Positions 1-13,832 of a stretch of DNA of 64,000 bases are shown here, piece by piece. Made by a program: the position numbers and the translations under genes. Source of the stretch: Felis catus (taxonomy: Eukaryota); the NCBI RefSeq assembly GCF_018350175.1, contig NC_058368.1, positions 59,832,001 to 59,896,000 on the forward strand, written 5' to 3'. Positions within the stretch are counted from its first letter, which is position 1. Every line of letters starts with the position of its first letter. Under the pieces are notes generated by a model. The model was not told the DNA's origin. It did no database searches and saw only the letters and a list, made by a program, of their open reading frames with translations.

Positions 1-369
1 GTGGCAAGAGGAAGATATCTGAAAATATGTTAGGAGGAAAGTAAAGAAGAATCTAATAATAGCAAAATTCATGGAGAGGATTATTGAGTTGATTAAACAT
101 TTAGATAGTTTCAACAAAATAATTTTCAATTCCAAAAACTAAAAGATGGCTATTAATTTTATGGATGCATAAACAGGAGTTTGGAATTTGTGTACGGATT
201 TTCACAGCTGTATGTTGTATGGTCCTCTCTTGATCTATCTGCATAACTTACTATCCCAGTTGTTTAGAAGAACTGAGTTAGAAAAATATCCCTTTAGAAA
301 TGCCAATTTTACATTGCAGTTGGACATATTCTATTTATATTTTGTTTTTATGTACTTTAATCTTAACAG

Positions 370-413
370 CTGAAGGATCGCCAAATGTCATTAAGTCTGA
401 AGTGAAAAAATAG
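370..413 (+). CDS. Candidate terminal coding exon of an unidentified + strand gene
   Basis: T-rich tract then ttaacag acceptor (AG 368-369); frames end (x)EGSPNVIKSEVKK* at 413 or LKDRQMSLSLK* at 405; ATTAAA 500-505 and AATAAA 563-568 follow. No homology recognised. Confidence 0.3.
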
Positions 414-740
414 CCTGTCGAAATGCATTTTTATTATGACTGAGTATATTATTATGAGTATTTATTTAGAGTATTTATTTTATTATGACTAAATGTATTA
501 TTAAATGTATACTTAAATTTTTGGTAGACTTATAATACTGGTGAATGTTAATAGCTTTGATAAATAAAAAGAAAAATACTATACACTCTTTCCTCAATTG
601 CTTTAATACTAAGTTTATTTTAAATATTACTGAATATTATAATCAATTTCGGCTGTTATTTAAGTCATTTAAAGATACTTCATATTAAAGATAATTGATA
701 CTCTAAACTTATCTGTCACCATTCTCAGCAAAGATATTAT

Positions 741-936
741 TATTTTTTAATTATTTATTTATTTTAAAAGAGAGCACATGAATGGTGAAAGGGCCAAAAG
801 AGATGAGAGAGAATGCCAAGCAGGTTCTTTCAGAGCGGAGCCCAGCGCGAGGACCCATCTCAAGAACCCTGAGATCATGACCTGAGCCAAAATCAAGGTT
901 CTGGATGCTTAACTGACCGAGCCACCCAAGTACCCT
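741..936 (-). mobile_element. CAN-SINE (older SINEC)
   Basis: Reverse tRNA-like head (gagccacccaagtaccc), GA tract, T-rich tail; TSD-like tctcagcaaa on both sides. Confidence 0.9.
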
Positions 937-3198
937 CTCAGCAAAATTATGTTTATGTGGTCTTCACATATCTAAGAAATAAGACATATACTAACCTCAC
1001 ATTCTTATATTTTCTTTTCATTCACAGAAAAAAAGAGGAAATTAAGATATATACAAATACTTGTAAACAGATTATAAATAACTATATTTATGTCATAGCT
1101 GAACTGATGTTGCTTTACAGAAACCGTGCTGAACCTTTGAAATGTGATTATATAACCACTGAGGTTGATTAATATCCATTTTCTTGAGTTTTGAAGAAAT
1201 AGAGCACATATACTTTATAATAGTACTCAATTTATTAAGATACCTACTCATGGTAGCAAAACCTTTAAATATCAAAAACATTTACTATAGAAGATGATGA
1301 AAAAGTTTTATCAGATAAAGTTAACAAAAAGTCAAAGTCCATATACCACTCTTTTGGGAGATGGAATAAAATATAGAATTTTCTGTCAAGTATTTGCCAA
1401 CATCATCAAAACTACAGAGCTTTTTCATTTGGTAACTGAGAAATTGGACACATTTCTGAATCTCAACAATCCCTAATTTCCTAATTAAAGCACTCTAATT
1501 GTCCTGAACTAAAATAATTTTTCATAGGACTAAAGTAAGGATTAAGAGGAATAATGTAAGTATGCTGCTTATTAAAATTTAACATGTATGCAGTAGTCAA
1601 TCAATGTTATCATTATTAGTATTATGGATGATTATTTTGTTGTGTGTTCATTACATTATGACAGATAAAATATTGGATTAAGTGAAATATGGTAGAGATC
1701 CTTGTTTTAAAGCAGTTTAAAATCTATTTGGGACCAAAATACTAATAAATAAATAAGAATTCACAGTAACACATATACCCGTCACATGAGTAGAAATATT
1801 TGGATAATTGGTAAATGATAACAACCGTGCTAAACATATAAAGTATTCTAAGTATTATCGGAAGTTCTAAAATCCCATTTTATCTAAAACATTGTTACAG
1901 ATTTAAATATGCAAAACATGTCATAATTCCCATTATTAAATGACTGTGTATCTATAAGTAGAAAATAATAAATTAAGCTAAGAGTGTTTGAATGAGTTTA
2001 AAGAAGGTGTCTGGCTTGTTTTCTTTCCCTATCTATCTATCTATCTGGCTCAGATATGTGACCTTAACTTAACTGTTATTCTACAATAACTTAACTGTTA
2101 TTGTAGAAAAAGAAGTAACTCTACTTGGGTCATTCAGAAAACTTGGACAGACCAAAAAAGATAAATTTGAAGATCCTTAGTGAATATATTTTCTAATAAG
2201 TAATGCACTATGGTTCCCTCCTTCTTAATCTTTATGTAGTCTCAAATTAAAACCTGAGAGGTGAGGCATTTCATTACATTCTGACCTCCTCTATGTCTAG
2301 ACAGAATGCTGCAGTTTATATAAACATAATGACTGTTTTATTCAATGACAATCATTTTTGTACTCAGGTGTTTAAGTATATAAGAAAAGAAATGCTTATG
2401 TCTCCAAAGAGATGATCCTTGTTGGTTATTGACTAGATTTACTGAGAGAATTTGGGACATTTACTAGATCTGAAAAAAGGAATAGGATATGTCACAGAAG
2501 CAGGGCAAATGAAGTTGTGAATAAATTCTAGATTCTAATTTTCAACAGTTTCTTAAAGCTTTCAGTCTCTGGGGTTTAATTCTATTTTCATAATAGAAAT
2601 ATCTTCACACAAGACATCCAAGTTTTGATTTTGTTAATATTTAAACAGATTTTATATTTAGCAGTGAGTCAAACACTCACTTAGTGAGTGAAACTAATTG
2701 TTAACAGCATTTTTTCATATTCATTTTAGCATTCTGGCTCCAAAATATATTTATTAATTATAATATCAATATAGTGTCTCAAATTTATGAAATATTACCC
2801 TATGGAAATCCTTTTAACTACAAATATTCAGCAACAAGACTTTATTTAGCTAAGTGTATACTAGTTAGTAGCCTACCATAAAGGATATATCCGAGATAAG
2901 ATAATTAACAGGATAATTTGAAGGATCATTTACAAAAGAGTAGGTGTGGCATAGAGGAACAAAAGGAAAATGCATTTACTGTTGTTTAATTACATGGGAC
3001 TTTGACTACCACCTGGACAGGCTGGTTGCTAGAGTCCAGTTACAGAGAAGTGTAGTTATGAAGTACAGTGTATTTAAAGCAACTAATTTCACACTGGAAC
3101 ATAGCTTGCCCATGGTGATTGCACAGGAGAAACTCATGGGAATAAATAACTAAATCCACACCTACTGACTATCCTTTACTTTTGATATTTTTGTATGG

Positions 3199-5502
3199 TG
3201 TGTTCGTCCATTTCAGTGGCTCTGACCAAATATAGTAGACTGGATCATTTATAAACAACAGAAACTTACTACTCATACTTCTAAGGAATTCTAAGATCAA
3301 GCCATCAGCAGATTAGGTATCTTGTAACAGCCATTTCCTGTTTCATAGATGGCTGTCTTCTCAGTGTGTTCTTACATGGAGGAAGGAGTGAGGGGGATGA
3401 TGCCCCTCCTGATCTAGTCACATCCAAAGTCCCCACCTCTTAAAAACATTACACTGAGCACTAGGTTTCAATGTATGGACTTGGGAAAGGAAGAACACAA
3501 CTACTCAGTCTCTAGCATTCCACTCCTGGACCCCCAAAATTCATGCCCTTCTCACATGCAAAATACAATAATTCAATCAGCATAGCCCCAAAGTCTTAAT
3601 TCATTCTAGGATCAACTCAAAAGTCTAAAGTTCAAAGTCTCCTCTAAATGTCATCTAAATCACAAATAGATGAGACTTAAGTACTAATTCATTCTGAGGC
3701 AAGTTCCTCTCTACATGTGAATGTGTAAACCCAATAAGTTATGCGCTTCCAAAATACAATTGTGAACAGGCATGGTCCATTCCCAAAAAGAGAAAGAAGA
3801 AAGGACTGGCAGATCCCACATAAATTCAAAACCTAATGGAATGAACAGCGTTAAAATTTCAGGCTTAAGAATATCCTACTGGCTGGATGCTCTGCCTTCC
3901 AGGCACACTGGGTTGTGGTCCAACCTCCTTAGGTCTCAGGGATTGAAGCCTTGTGGCTGGGATTCCCCCAGGTGATAAGTCTCTGTTGCTCTTCTGGCAC
4001 CTGCAGTTCTCCACACTGGAATGTGAACAGGTGGCCATTCTGATCTGGACTTTCTGACTTGGCCTTTCATATTCCAGGGCTCTCTGCAGAGGTCTTATCC
4101 CCTGAAATGAAAATGAAGGCAGCCTTGCCTTCAAGACAGTTCAACTTGTGTAGTCTGTGTGTCAACTGAAAAGGTATCATAGAAATCACCAAAGTTTACT
4201 GCCTGCTCCCTCTGGAGTGGAGCTCCTGTACCTGTGCCATACTTAAGCCTGCAAAGCAACACGTGGGGTAGATGGTTGGTGTTCCAGAAGCAGGGAGTGG
4301 AGTCTGCCTAGTGAGGAGGTGTCAGCAGTTTCTGCTGAGATCCCATGAATGCCAGAAACCCTCTTTTGAAACCACTCAGTCCACTGGAACTTGAACTCTG
4401 AGCCTGTGATAGGAAGGACAGCCCTGATGATCTCTGAATTGACTTTTGGGGTCATTCTTCCATCTCCTGGGGTAGTAGCGTCTGGCTTCTTGTTGAGATT
4501 GCTGATTAATCTCCTTATCAAATGGTCATTTGGCCACACCTTTAGTGTTCTTTCCCAAATGGGCTTTCATATTCCTTTCAATATAAATAGTTGAGAATTC
4601 CCCAGATCTTTAAGTTCTGATTCCTTTTTGATTAGCAACTCCAAAGTTTAGTCATTTCTTTCTTCTCACATTTCACTATGAGCAATCAGGAAGAACCAGG
4701 TCACTTGTTCAACACTTTGCTCAAAGATTTCCTCAGCCAAATATCCAATTTCATTTCTTGTAATTTCTATTTTTCCACAAAGCATCATAACATGAACCCA
4801 ATTCAGCCAAGTTCTTTTTCAATTTATAGCAAGGATCTCATTTCCTCCAGTGTCCAATAACCTCTTCCTCATTTCTGAGATAAGAATGGCCTTTATTGTC
4901 CATATTATTCCAGCATTCTGTTTAAGATTACTTAAATATTCTCTAAGAGACTTAGGATTTTTCTACAGCTGTCCTCTTTTCTTTCTGGGAATTTATCAGA
5001 ATTACCTTTGAAGATCTGTTCATGTCACTGTAGGCTATAGATGCACCCCCATACTTTTCCAGGCTCCATCAAGAGTTTGAAAGCCACTTCCACATTTTTA
5101 AGTATTTCTTACAACAGTACCCACTTCTTGGTACCAACTTCTGTCTAAACATATTCAGGTTTCTGTAAGAAAATGCCATAGAGTGCATGGATTATAAACA
5201 ACATAAATTTATTTCTCACAGTTTTGAAGGCTAGGAAGTCTGAGATCAAAGCATCTACAGATTTCATGTCTGGTGAACTCCTGCCCCTCCTGCATAAGCA
5301 ACCTTTTTTTTCCCCTGTGGTTTTGCATGGCAGAGGAAGGAGGGAGATAGTTCTATGGGAACTTTACAAGGGTACTAGTCTCATTTTCCAAGACTTTACC
5401 TTCGTGGCCTAATCGTCTCCCAAAGGCTCCACCTCCAAATATCATTATATTGGGGATTATATTTTAACATGTGCATTTTAAGGGTGACACAATCTATAGA
5501 CA
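3199..5502 (-). mobile_element. ERVL-MaLR (MLT1A-like) element: LTR 3199-3517, internal 3518-5141, LTR 5142-5502
   Basis: Two homologous TG...CA segments sharing ataaacaacagaaa/ataaacaacataaa, agatcaa and ccacctc motifs flank a 1.6-kb decayed MaLR-like internal region ending ggtaccaacttc. Confidence 0.85.
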
Positions 5503-6196
5503 GAGCTCTCTCTTGGCATAAACTGGGATCCAGAGAGTAAGGGTGGTAGTTAATATAAGCTATATAGGATAGACTCTTAATACATAGGAAATAATGAAAA
5601 AGAATGTAAGATAGATCCCAGATATAAAAGGAAAAATTATGGAACATCATTTTTAATTCACTTAAGTTATCAGTTTAATCAATGATATCAATTTGTAGGT
5701 ACTAATTAAATGTTAGCAATAAGCAAGTTATTGGGTTTGGCTAAAAAGATTTGCATATGGTTTCCCTAATTTCAAGAAATAAAAAATATATAAAGGGAAT
5801 ATAACAAATATAAGTGTTATAACAGGAGTAGAGTGTAAAAATACTGTGAGAACAATAAACAGAATGTGATAGAACTGATGACAGAGTAAACAACCCCCCA
5901 TGTAAAAGTAGCAAAACTCTTATAATAGGGAGAAAGCAATATTTTCTTTCACTTCTTCACTCCAAAACTAGGTTTCTATAAAATTCTTCCTATTTTGCTT
6001 AATTTACCTGCCTCTCCAATCTTCTGAAATGCTAGTATTGTCCTGAGTCCCACTTTCCGTAACTATCTGTCTACAGCTGGATATTCACTGTATAATCAGA
6101 AATTAATTAATACGAGTCCTTTTGACTTCACTGTTTCAGCTAGCTTCCTATTTCTTTCTTTCTTTATATCTGATTGAATAACTTTGTATTGAATAA

Positions 6197-6548
6197 TGTG
6201 GTCATTAGAATGAATCTTCCCCCCCCCCCCAATGCATGCGTTAAAATCCTTGCCCCCAGTTTGATGGTATTTGGAGGTGGGAATCTTTGGGAGGTGATTA
6301 AGTCATGAGTGGGATTGGTGCCTTAATAAGGAGACTCCAGGGAGCTCTCTCCTCCCTTCCACCATGTGAGGGCACAACAATAAGAAGGCTATATCTGTGA
6401 ACTAGAAAGTGGACTGTCATTAGATACTGAAGCTGCCCCGTGACTTGATCTTGGACTTCCCATGTCCAGAACTTTGAGAAATAATTTCACTTATTTACAT
6501 GCCAGCCAATCTATGATATTTTTTGTAGCAGCCAAACAGACTTGGCAA
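6197..6548 (+). mobile_element. Solo MLT1A-like MaLR LTR
   Basis: gatggtatttggaggtggg...tttgggaggtgatta, ccttccaccatgtgagg and cttgatcttggacttcc motifs typical of MLT1A/B. Confidence 0.85.
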
Positions 6549-6969
6549 ATTTAATTCCATGACATTTGTTGAGAATATGGAGAAAGCTTACCAGCATGGC
6601 AGACAAGACTACTCTGAGTCAACAGAAGGATTCTCACAAAAAATCACTACTAGGAGGATATTTTCTGGTAAGTTTTCTCCCGATTTTCAACAAATGTCAT
6701 GGAATTAAAGCTTGCCAAGTTGTGACTTGTTCCTTTTCTGGTTTTATCTTATGTATCCAAATATTTCACAACTTCTGCCCAAATGGCAATGATGAGAATA
6801 TAAAAATAATCTCAAATTTAGATCCAAAGAGTTTGTAGTTAACTTACCAGGTAGTAAAGAAATGCATAATATTTTGAAGTCACGTTAGGAGCTGAACTTT
6901 TATAAAGATGATTAGATTATTAAATGTGTAGAAAATTGTGAGTACGGAATGGAGGTTGGTTCAGAAACT

Positions 6970-7344
6970 GTAAGTCAAGAAAGATGTGATTATGTAACAG
7001 AAACAAAGAACACCCTCATTTCAGTGGATTTATACAACCACAATTATTTCTTCATACCACATCCCTATCACAGATCAGCCAGAAGACTGCTTATCATGGT
7101 CATTCAGAGATTCAGGCTGACAGGCTGCATCTCAAAACACGTTACCATGATTACAGAGGCAGGGAATAGAGAATGAAATGAACAACACCCAAGGATCTGC
7201 CCAGAAGTGTCAAATTTTACTTCTGTTCATGGTTTATTGGGTAAAGAAAGTAACATTACCAAGTTTAGTTCTTGTGGGAGAAAAAGTAAAATTGAATGTG
7301 AAAGAAAAATTAAACCAGAATGAGAAGAATTAATGACTACCACA
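6970..7344 (-). mobile_element. Old MaLR LTR (MLT1J/K-like)
   Basis: ttcaggctgac, ctgcccagaagtg and terminal taatgactaccaca resemble MLT1J/K; highly diverged. Confidence 0.55.
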
Positions 7345-7511
7345 CGTAAGTAGTAAAGAACATTAATTGCATTAAGAGTATAAAGAAGAAAATAGATCAG
7401 ATAGGGATTTTTAAGGTAGAATCTATAGGACAGTTAGACATGAGATACTGTTTCCATTGTTGCTTACATTTGCTTTTTAGTAACATACCTGCATTTCATC
7501 TTTTTCTTCTT

Positions 7512-7722
7512 AATTTTTTTTTAGTGTCTGTTTATTTTTGAGAGAGAAAGATACAGAGTGTGAGTGGGGCAGGGGCAGAGAGAGAGGGAGACACAGAATT
7601 TGAAGGCTCCAGGCTCTGAGCTGTCAGCACAGAGTCCGATGTGGGGCTCGAACTCACAGGCTGGGAGATCATGACCTGAACCGAAGTCAGTGGCCCAACT
7701 GACTGAGCCACCCAGGCGCCCT
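7512..7722 (-). mobile_element. CAN-SINE (SINEC_Fc-like)
   Basis: Full reverse SINE body ending gagccacccaggcgccc. Confidence 0.95.
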
Positions 7723-8188
7723 CCTCTTTTGCTTCTTAAAAACTTTAATACAGACTTGACTATAGGGTATGAGTAGAATAGAAGCAAAGTAATTCAGAAG
7801 GTCTTTGCACTTCTAAACATGAGTATCCAAAAGGTTATTGATGTAATTTATTCAAAAGAAAGCTATAAGCAGGAAGTTGATTTGAGGAAAATATTGCTTT
7901 TTTTAGGCATCCAAATTGAGATGAAAAACAGGATATAGATTAGAATCTAAAAAGAAACATTTCAGAGTCAGAAGTCTCAAAGAGCTGTTGAATCTCTGAT
8001 AAACCAAAAGCCTAGGTACCCACAATTTGGAATGTCATTGAGCAATGATATGGAAATCCAGGCAGAAATAATGAACAATTGATTAGTGACCTAAATTCTA
8101 ACATTTGTATTTCACAAAAATATGGGGAGGGGGTATTTCCTAGTGTTGAAATTAAAACATAAACTCTAACCAGAATACAACAAAGGCA

Positions 8189-8395
8189 GGGCACCTTGGT
8201 GGCTCAGTCAATCAAGTATCTGACTCTTGATTTCAGCTCAGGTCATGAGGTTCAGGGAATGATCTCATGGTCTTGAGATTGCATCCCACATCAGGCTGTG
8301 TACTGGGCATAGAGCCTACTTAAGATTGTCTCTCCCCTTTTCCTTCTGCCCTCCCCCACTTGCTCTCTCTCTCTCTCTCAATAAGGAAGAAAAAG
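8189..8395 (+). mobile_element. CAN-SINE (older SINEC)
   Basis: gggcaccttggtggctcagtc head, (CT)n tract, A-rich tail. Confidence 0.9.
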
Positions 8396-9579
8396 GATAC
8401 AATAAGGACAAAAGGATGCGAATCACATTTCTTATCCACTTGCTTGAGAGTTAATCTAAATACTCTTGAAATGTAGAGATAACTTTACTTTTATATTCTA
8501 ATTTAATATTCAGATAGTTGAACCACTTGTTTAAAAATTTAAAAAGATTGGTAAGAAGCAAGTATAACAGAAATTATAACACAAAACTTAGAAAAACATT
8601 GGTTTTTCATATAATTACTATTCATAATCTTATTACTATACCTTTTAAAAGGTACTGTATAATGACAATAACAACAACAACAAAAGTCTGGTAATCACTC
8701 TTATCATTTTATTTTATGTATGTTTGCTGGTTAATTAGTTCCACTGGAAACCTCTTACTTACCAATAGAAATCAGCTTCTGTTTAGATAACAGTAACTGA
8801 CAAGAAAATGGCTTTGTTAAGCTATTAAGATATATCGATAAAAATGATAACATGACTTAACATTCCTTTCTAAGAAAATGGTATCTGAAGGTATTGTTTT
8901 AGTGTTTGGTATGGCTTCTATTAGACATCTACCCTGAAAATTTTGCATATACTAAGCCTATACAAATTCTCTTTGTTTTCAGTCTTTTCCCTCATAGGCT
9001 AAACACCTCATGAACAACATTTCAAATATATGTGTAAAACATAACCTTATGAATTTATGGTTTTCAAACTCAATTAGATCAGTTTTTCTATCTTAATTCT
9101 TCTTCCTAATGTACTTTGGAAGAAGCATGCTTAATCTGACAGTGCAAGAAATGTAGGAGTAATGCAGGTCAAGAGAGATGTAAAGTAAAAGGTTTAGAGT
9201 TCTGCATATATGTGAAAACTAAAGGGAAGACAGAATGTGTTGGAAAATATCCAGAATCTGGAATATGAAATATGGCAGAATTATTGATGAGCTATTGTGC
9301 ATGTCATGGTAAATAATTCAATACTTATTCTACATGTAAAAGGAAATCATGACATGGCTTTCAGGAGAACCATAATTCAATCCAAACTTTTATAAAAGAT
9401 AATTTTATATATTTGGACAAGGATTAATTGGAGAGAAGCAAGACTGCTGAATACAATAAGCAGGGAACCAAAGTGGAGGGGCAAGAGAGATATTTGGAAG
9501 CTAATTGATACAATTTAGTGATTGATAGAAGGGGAAAAATGAAGAATATGATGGCATAAAAATGAGTCTGAAGATTTAA

Positions 9580-9782
9580 AATTTTTTTAATGTTTATTTA
9601 TTTTTGAGAGACAGAGTGTGAGTGGGGGAGGGGCAGCGGGAGAGGGAGACACAGAATTTGAAGCAGGCTCCAGGCTCTGAGCTGTCAGCACAGAGCCTGA
9701 CATGGGGCTCGAACCCACCAACTGTGAGATCATGACCTGAGCCAAAGTCGGATGCTCAACCGACTGAGCCACCAGGCACCCC
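9580..9782 (-). mobile_element. CAN-SINE (SINEC_Fc-like)
   Basis: Reverse SINE body; TSD-like ctgaag(a/t)ttt flanks. Confidence 0.95.
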
Positions 9783-12027
9783 TGAAGTTTTTAATATAAA
9801 CATTAATTTGCATGTCATTTGATGAGAGAAGGAGACCTGGAAGGAAAAAATATTGAGTAAAATATTAACTTAATGTGTAATGTGTTTGAATTGTGGGGTA
9901 GATGGTTGGAAAGACATTTGTGCTGGACATGTGCATTATGAGCCACTATGTGGCAGTAAATCCATTCAAGAGGGTATTTTTTGCTTAGGAAGTCTATGTA
10001 TTGTTAAAAAAAAAAGGAGGTCCTGGAAATGAGCTGCTAATTATACCAATATTTTCAGAATGGGAAAAGCTGAAATGAATAGAAATGAATGAATAGAATG
10101 AATAGAACTTGGCTGTACAGATAAGAGAGAAGATCAGAAAAGTGTAATCAAAAAAATAAAAGTTGATAGAATAATGAAGATAGATACAGATTTGTATGTC
10201 TAAATAACACAAGGCTCAAAAGATTGAATTGACAATACTGTAGAAAAATCAACCACGTGGAGGCCTCCTGTAAACCAGAGGGACGAAGCATAAGGTGGAG
10301 CATGTTCATTAAAGACAAAAACAAACCAAAAAACTCCAGAGGAACAAAAAAAGCATGGAATAATGTATGTATAGAATGTTTGACCAAAAGATGAATTCAG
10401 TTTCAACTAAAACTACAAATCCACAAATAAAAATACGAAATCCACATGTTAGCTCAAAGTCAAATCTATAATTTTATTTCTTATGTTTTGTAATGTTTGG
10501 ATAGTTGGTTTCCATAACAAAATTATTGGCTAGTAACAGATTAAACAGTGTGCCTATAAAAATGCATAATTAAATACTACTTACCATTAAATTATTTATA
10601 ACAATAAATCATGATGAACTCAAGTTAACAAAATTATCTTAATGTACCTAATGGGAAAGACAATTCTTATTGAGTTACAGAATTTCAATATGTAAGAAAC
10701 AATTTTCCACTAAAATTAATTATTAAAGGTAATTAATAACTAGAGTAAATATCAACATTCTTACAGATTATCACAGTCTGTGTGATGTATCTGAGTATGT
10801 ATAATTCATACTTGATTTTACTTTTCATGTACAAGTCACAATGAAGAGACTTTCAGTTGGTTCAGAGTTCTATACAAAATATCAAATATTTGAGCTTGAA
10901 TCTTAGTTACCTAAATGGTTCTCATCTTTAAACTACCAATAATGTCATGCATACATTTATAGGGTTTTTGTAAAAATTAAAAGTAACTATTATAAAATGT
11001 TAAATGAGCTGTAATGCCAAACATACAAATATGCACAAATACACACTTATATATGTATTATTTATACATATATGTATTGTTTTATTTAACTTTATTAAGG
11101 ACATAAAAGGCACATTATCAATTTATGTTAATTTGTGAGATAAATTTTTTATCTCTAATGCAGTAAGGACAAACATAAAAATGTAAAATCATAGTATTGA
11201 GATTACTCATAAAATATTTGCTTCAATACTGAAATAATTTTACTTTCTTATATGCTTTCTATTGCATATTATATGCATTATATTAATTGATTGTATATGA
11301 ACAGAAGTAGAAATTTCAATGTTTCAGCTCTTATTGATGAATAATGCCAATATAAATGCCTGTTTCCAATCTGCCTAAGCAAAGTCAGGAAAAATTATAA
11401 CTTGGAGTCTTCATACCCAAATCTGTTGTTACCTGTTTATCATTCTAGACCTGTAATGACTATTAAACTATTACTTCTTAACCATTCACTTTTAAAACAT
11501 TTCAAAAGTTAAAGCCATTTTTTTTAAATATGGTATAAAGAACAGAATTGACTTGGTATTGCCTACTTTCTCAATTCCTTTAGACTATAATTAATTCCCA
11601 CTGGTATATTCTGCATATCTGAGCAAATGAGTATTTCTGGCTTTGAGAATACAGAGTATATAGTTCAATAATTTTTAATGTTGAAAATAATAAATGTCAT
11701 TGCTAAACTCTACTATCTTTTTATGCATTACAAGTGCATTATTCATAATTTTTACACTGTGTGGAAGACACTGTGATTAAGTAGCAAAAATTGCTCAATG
11801 ATAATTTATAAATCTTGAATATAGTAGTATAGAATATGGAGACATTCCTTATTAGCACAATATTTATAAGGCAAATCTCCCAATCATGATATATGGGGGA
11901 CAAATTGTAAGAGATATTAATAAAATATTTGTAAAAAGAGGATTTCACAAACTGGTAAACAATACATATTCTATCCCCTCTTAATGATCTACAAAATTCA
12001 CTTGCTACCATTAAAACACTATATAAT

Positions 12028-12300
12028 TTCATTCATATGTGGAATTTAAGAAACAAAGCAAATGAACAAAGTGGGAAAAATGAGAGAGAGGGAGGCAAAC
12101 CAAGAAACAGATTCTTAACTGTAAGGAAGAAACTGATGGTTACCAGAGGGGAGATGTGAGAGGGATGGGTGAAATAGATGATGGGGATTAAAGAGGGCAC
12201 TTGTGATGAGCACAGGATGTTGTATGGAAGGTTGAATCACTAAATTGCACACCTGAAACTAACATTACACTGGAATTTAAATAAAAACTTAAAATAAAAT
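12028..12300 (+). mobile_element. Carnivore LINE-1 3' end (5'-truncated)
   Basis: catatgtggaatttaagaaac...aaactgatggttaccagagggg...cacctgaaactaac...aataaaaa. Confidence 0.9.
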
Positions 12301-12484
12301 CTATAATAAATCACTAGACAAAAAAATAATATTGTCAATACAGTATCACGTAAATCAATTTTAGTACAGAATTACTTTGTCATAATGTGGCTATGGTTAT
12401 TTTGCAGAACATTATTTTCCAGTGCTATGGGATGACACTTTCAAAGATGGTTATTTAAAACTGATTTTTTAAAAAAATCATCAT

Positions 12485-12718
12485 GTATTATGAAGCACTG
12501 TACTCCAAGTATTGTTCTAGGAACTTTAGAAATATTATATGGTTTAAGCATAACAAAGCTGTGACATTAGTAGAATTTAAATATCCACTGTCAGTGAGAA
12601 AACTGATGTATGGACAGTTAAATTAAATTTCTCTTGATCACACAAGTACAGAGTTCTAGATTTAGGATTTGGACCCAGAGGATGTGGTTCTGGAGTCCAG
12701 GCTCAATATGCTGCACTG
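12485..12718 (-). mobile_element. MIR SINE (degenerate)
   Basis: gagaaaactga, gatcacacaagta and ggatttggacccag core motifs. Confidence 0.6.
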
Positions 12719-12734
12719 GTTAGCATTTCCATTT

Positions 12735-12950
12735 TTAATTTTTTAGTGTTTATTTATTTATTTTGAGAAGGAGAGAGAGAGAGAGTGCAAGCGTCGAGGG
12801 GCAGAGAGAGAGAGAGAGAGAGAGAATCCCAAGCAAGCTCCATGCTGTCAGCGCAGAGCCCAACATGGGGCTCAAACCCATTATAAGATCATGACCTAAG
12901 TCGAAATCAAGAGTCGGTGGCTTAACCCACTCAGCCACCCAGGCGTCCCT
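12735..12950 (-). mobile_element. CAN-SINE
   Basis: Reverse SINE with (GA)n; TSD tagcat(t/c)tccatttt. Confidence 0.95.
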
Positions 12951-13756
12951 GGATAGCATCTCCATTTTATCTTTATTTATTTCATTTCACCTCATTTTAC
13001 TTTACAGATGCAGATACTAGAATTGGTTGTATAGATTAAGTTGAGTCTATCTATCCACACCTGCTTCTGCAGTGGGAGCATACTGCATCTTGCGCCACAG
13101 TGATTCATTCCACAGGAGAAAGTACCTCCAAATAGAGCCTGGACTGGAATGATAAGAAGTGCTCATGACAACAGAGCAGTAGCAGATACCACTGAGAGCT
13201 AACATACATAGTGAGAGACGTTAGAACTCTGAAGATAATAGCTTGAGTGGACATATTTATGATCCTGAAAAGGACATCCCTGGAAATTTTTAGAGTAGGA
13301 TTGAGTAAGAGGCTACAGATTCTGTATTAAAAGTAGGAAAAGCAGCCAATAAAACAGGTGATTATAGTAACTATATGCATGCAACTATTTCACAGTCTGG
13401 GTAATTCCTGGAAATTCTAGTGACTTATTCTTTGTCTTCCTCAAATTGAAACACATACATAGGGAATAATGTTCATAGGTGAAGGAGATGTTAATTCTAC
13501 TATAAAATAAAAGTGTGTTCGATAAATGGACATTAAAAATGGATCTTGTAGGTTTTTAAAATGAATATAGTGTTATTCGTTTTCAACATTTGAATCCAGT
13601 CTGCCTAGATAGGCTTGTGATTCGGTTATGGTGCTAGCAGTTCAGCCAGTTGGGACAAGAATTGAGGGATTTGCACTATGGATATTCTTGTTATGCAATA
13701 AGTAGGACAACGGTTTCTGAAAGAGTGAAATTCACCAAACTTGGGCTCAAGAGACT

Positions 13757-13759
<3 letters not shown>

Positions 13760-13800
<41 letters not shown>
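13760..13800. repeat. (TG)n microsatellite
   Basis: About 20 perfect TG units. Confidence 0.98.
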
Positions 13801-13802
<2 letters not shown>

Positions 13803-13832
13803 CATCATTCAATTACTGGTGGCTTAACTTTT

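Noticed and set aside
2674..2690. Palindrome cactcact-t-agtgagtg next to an AP-1-like tgagtca
   Set aside because: 8-bp arms are expected by chance in 64 kb.
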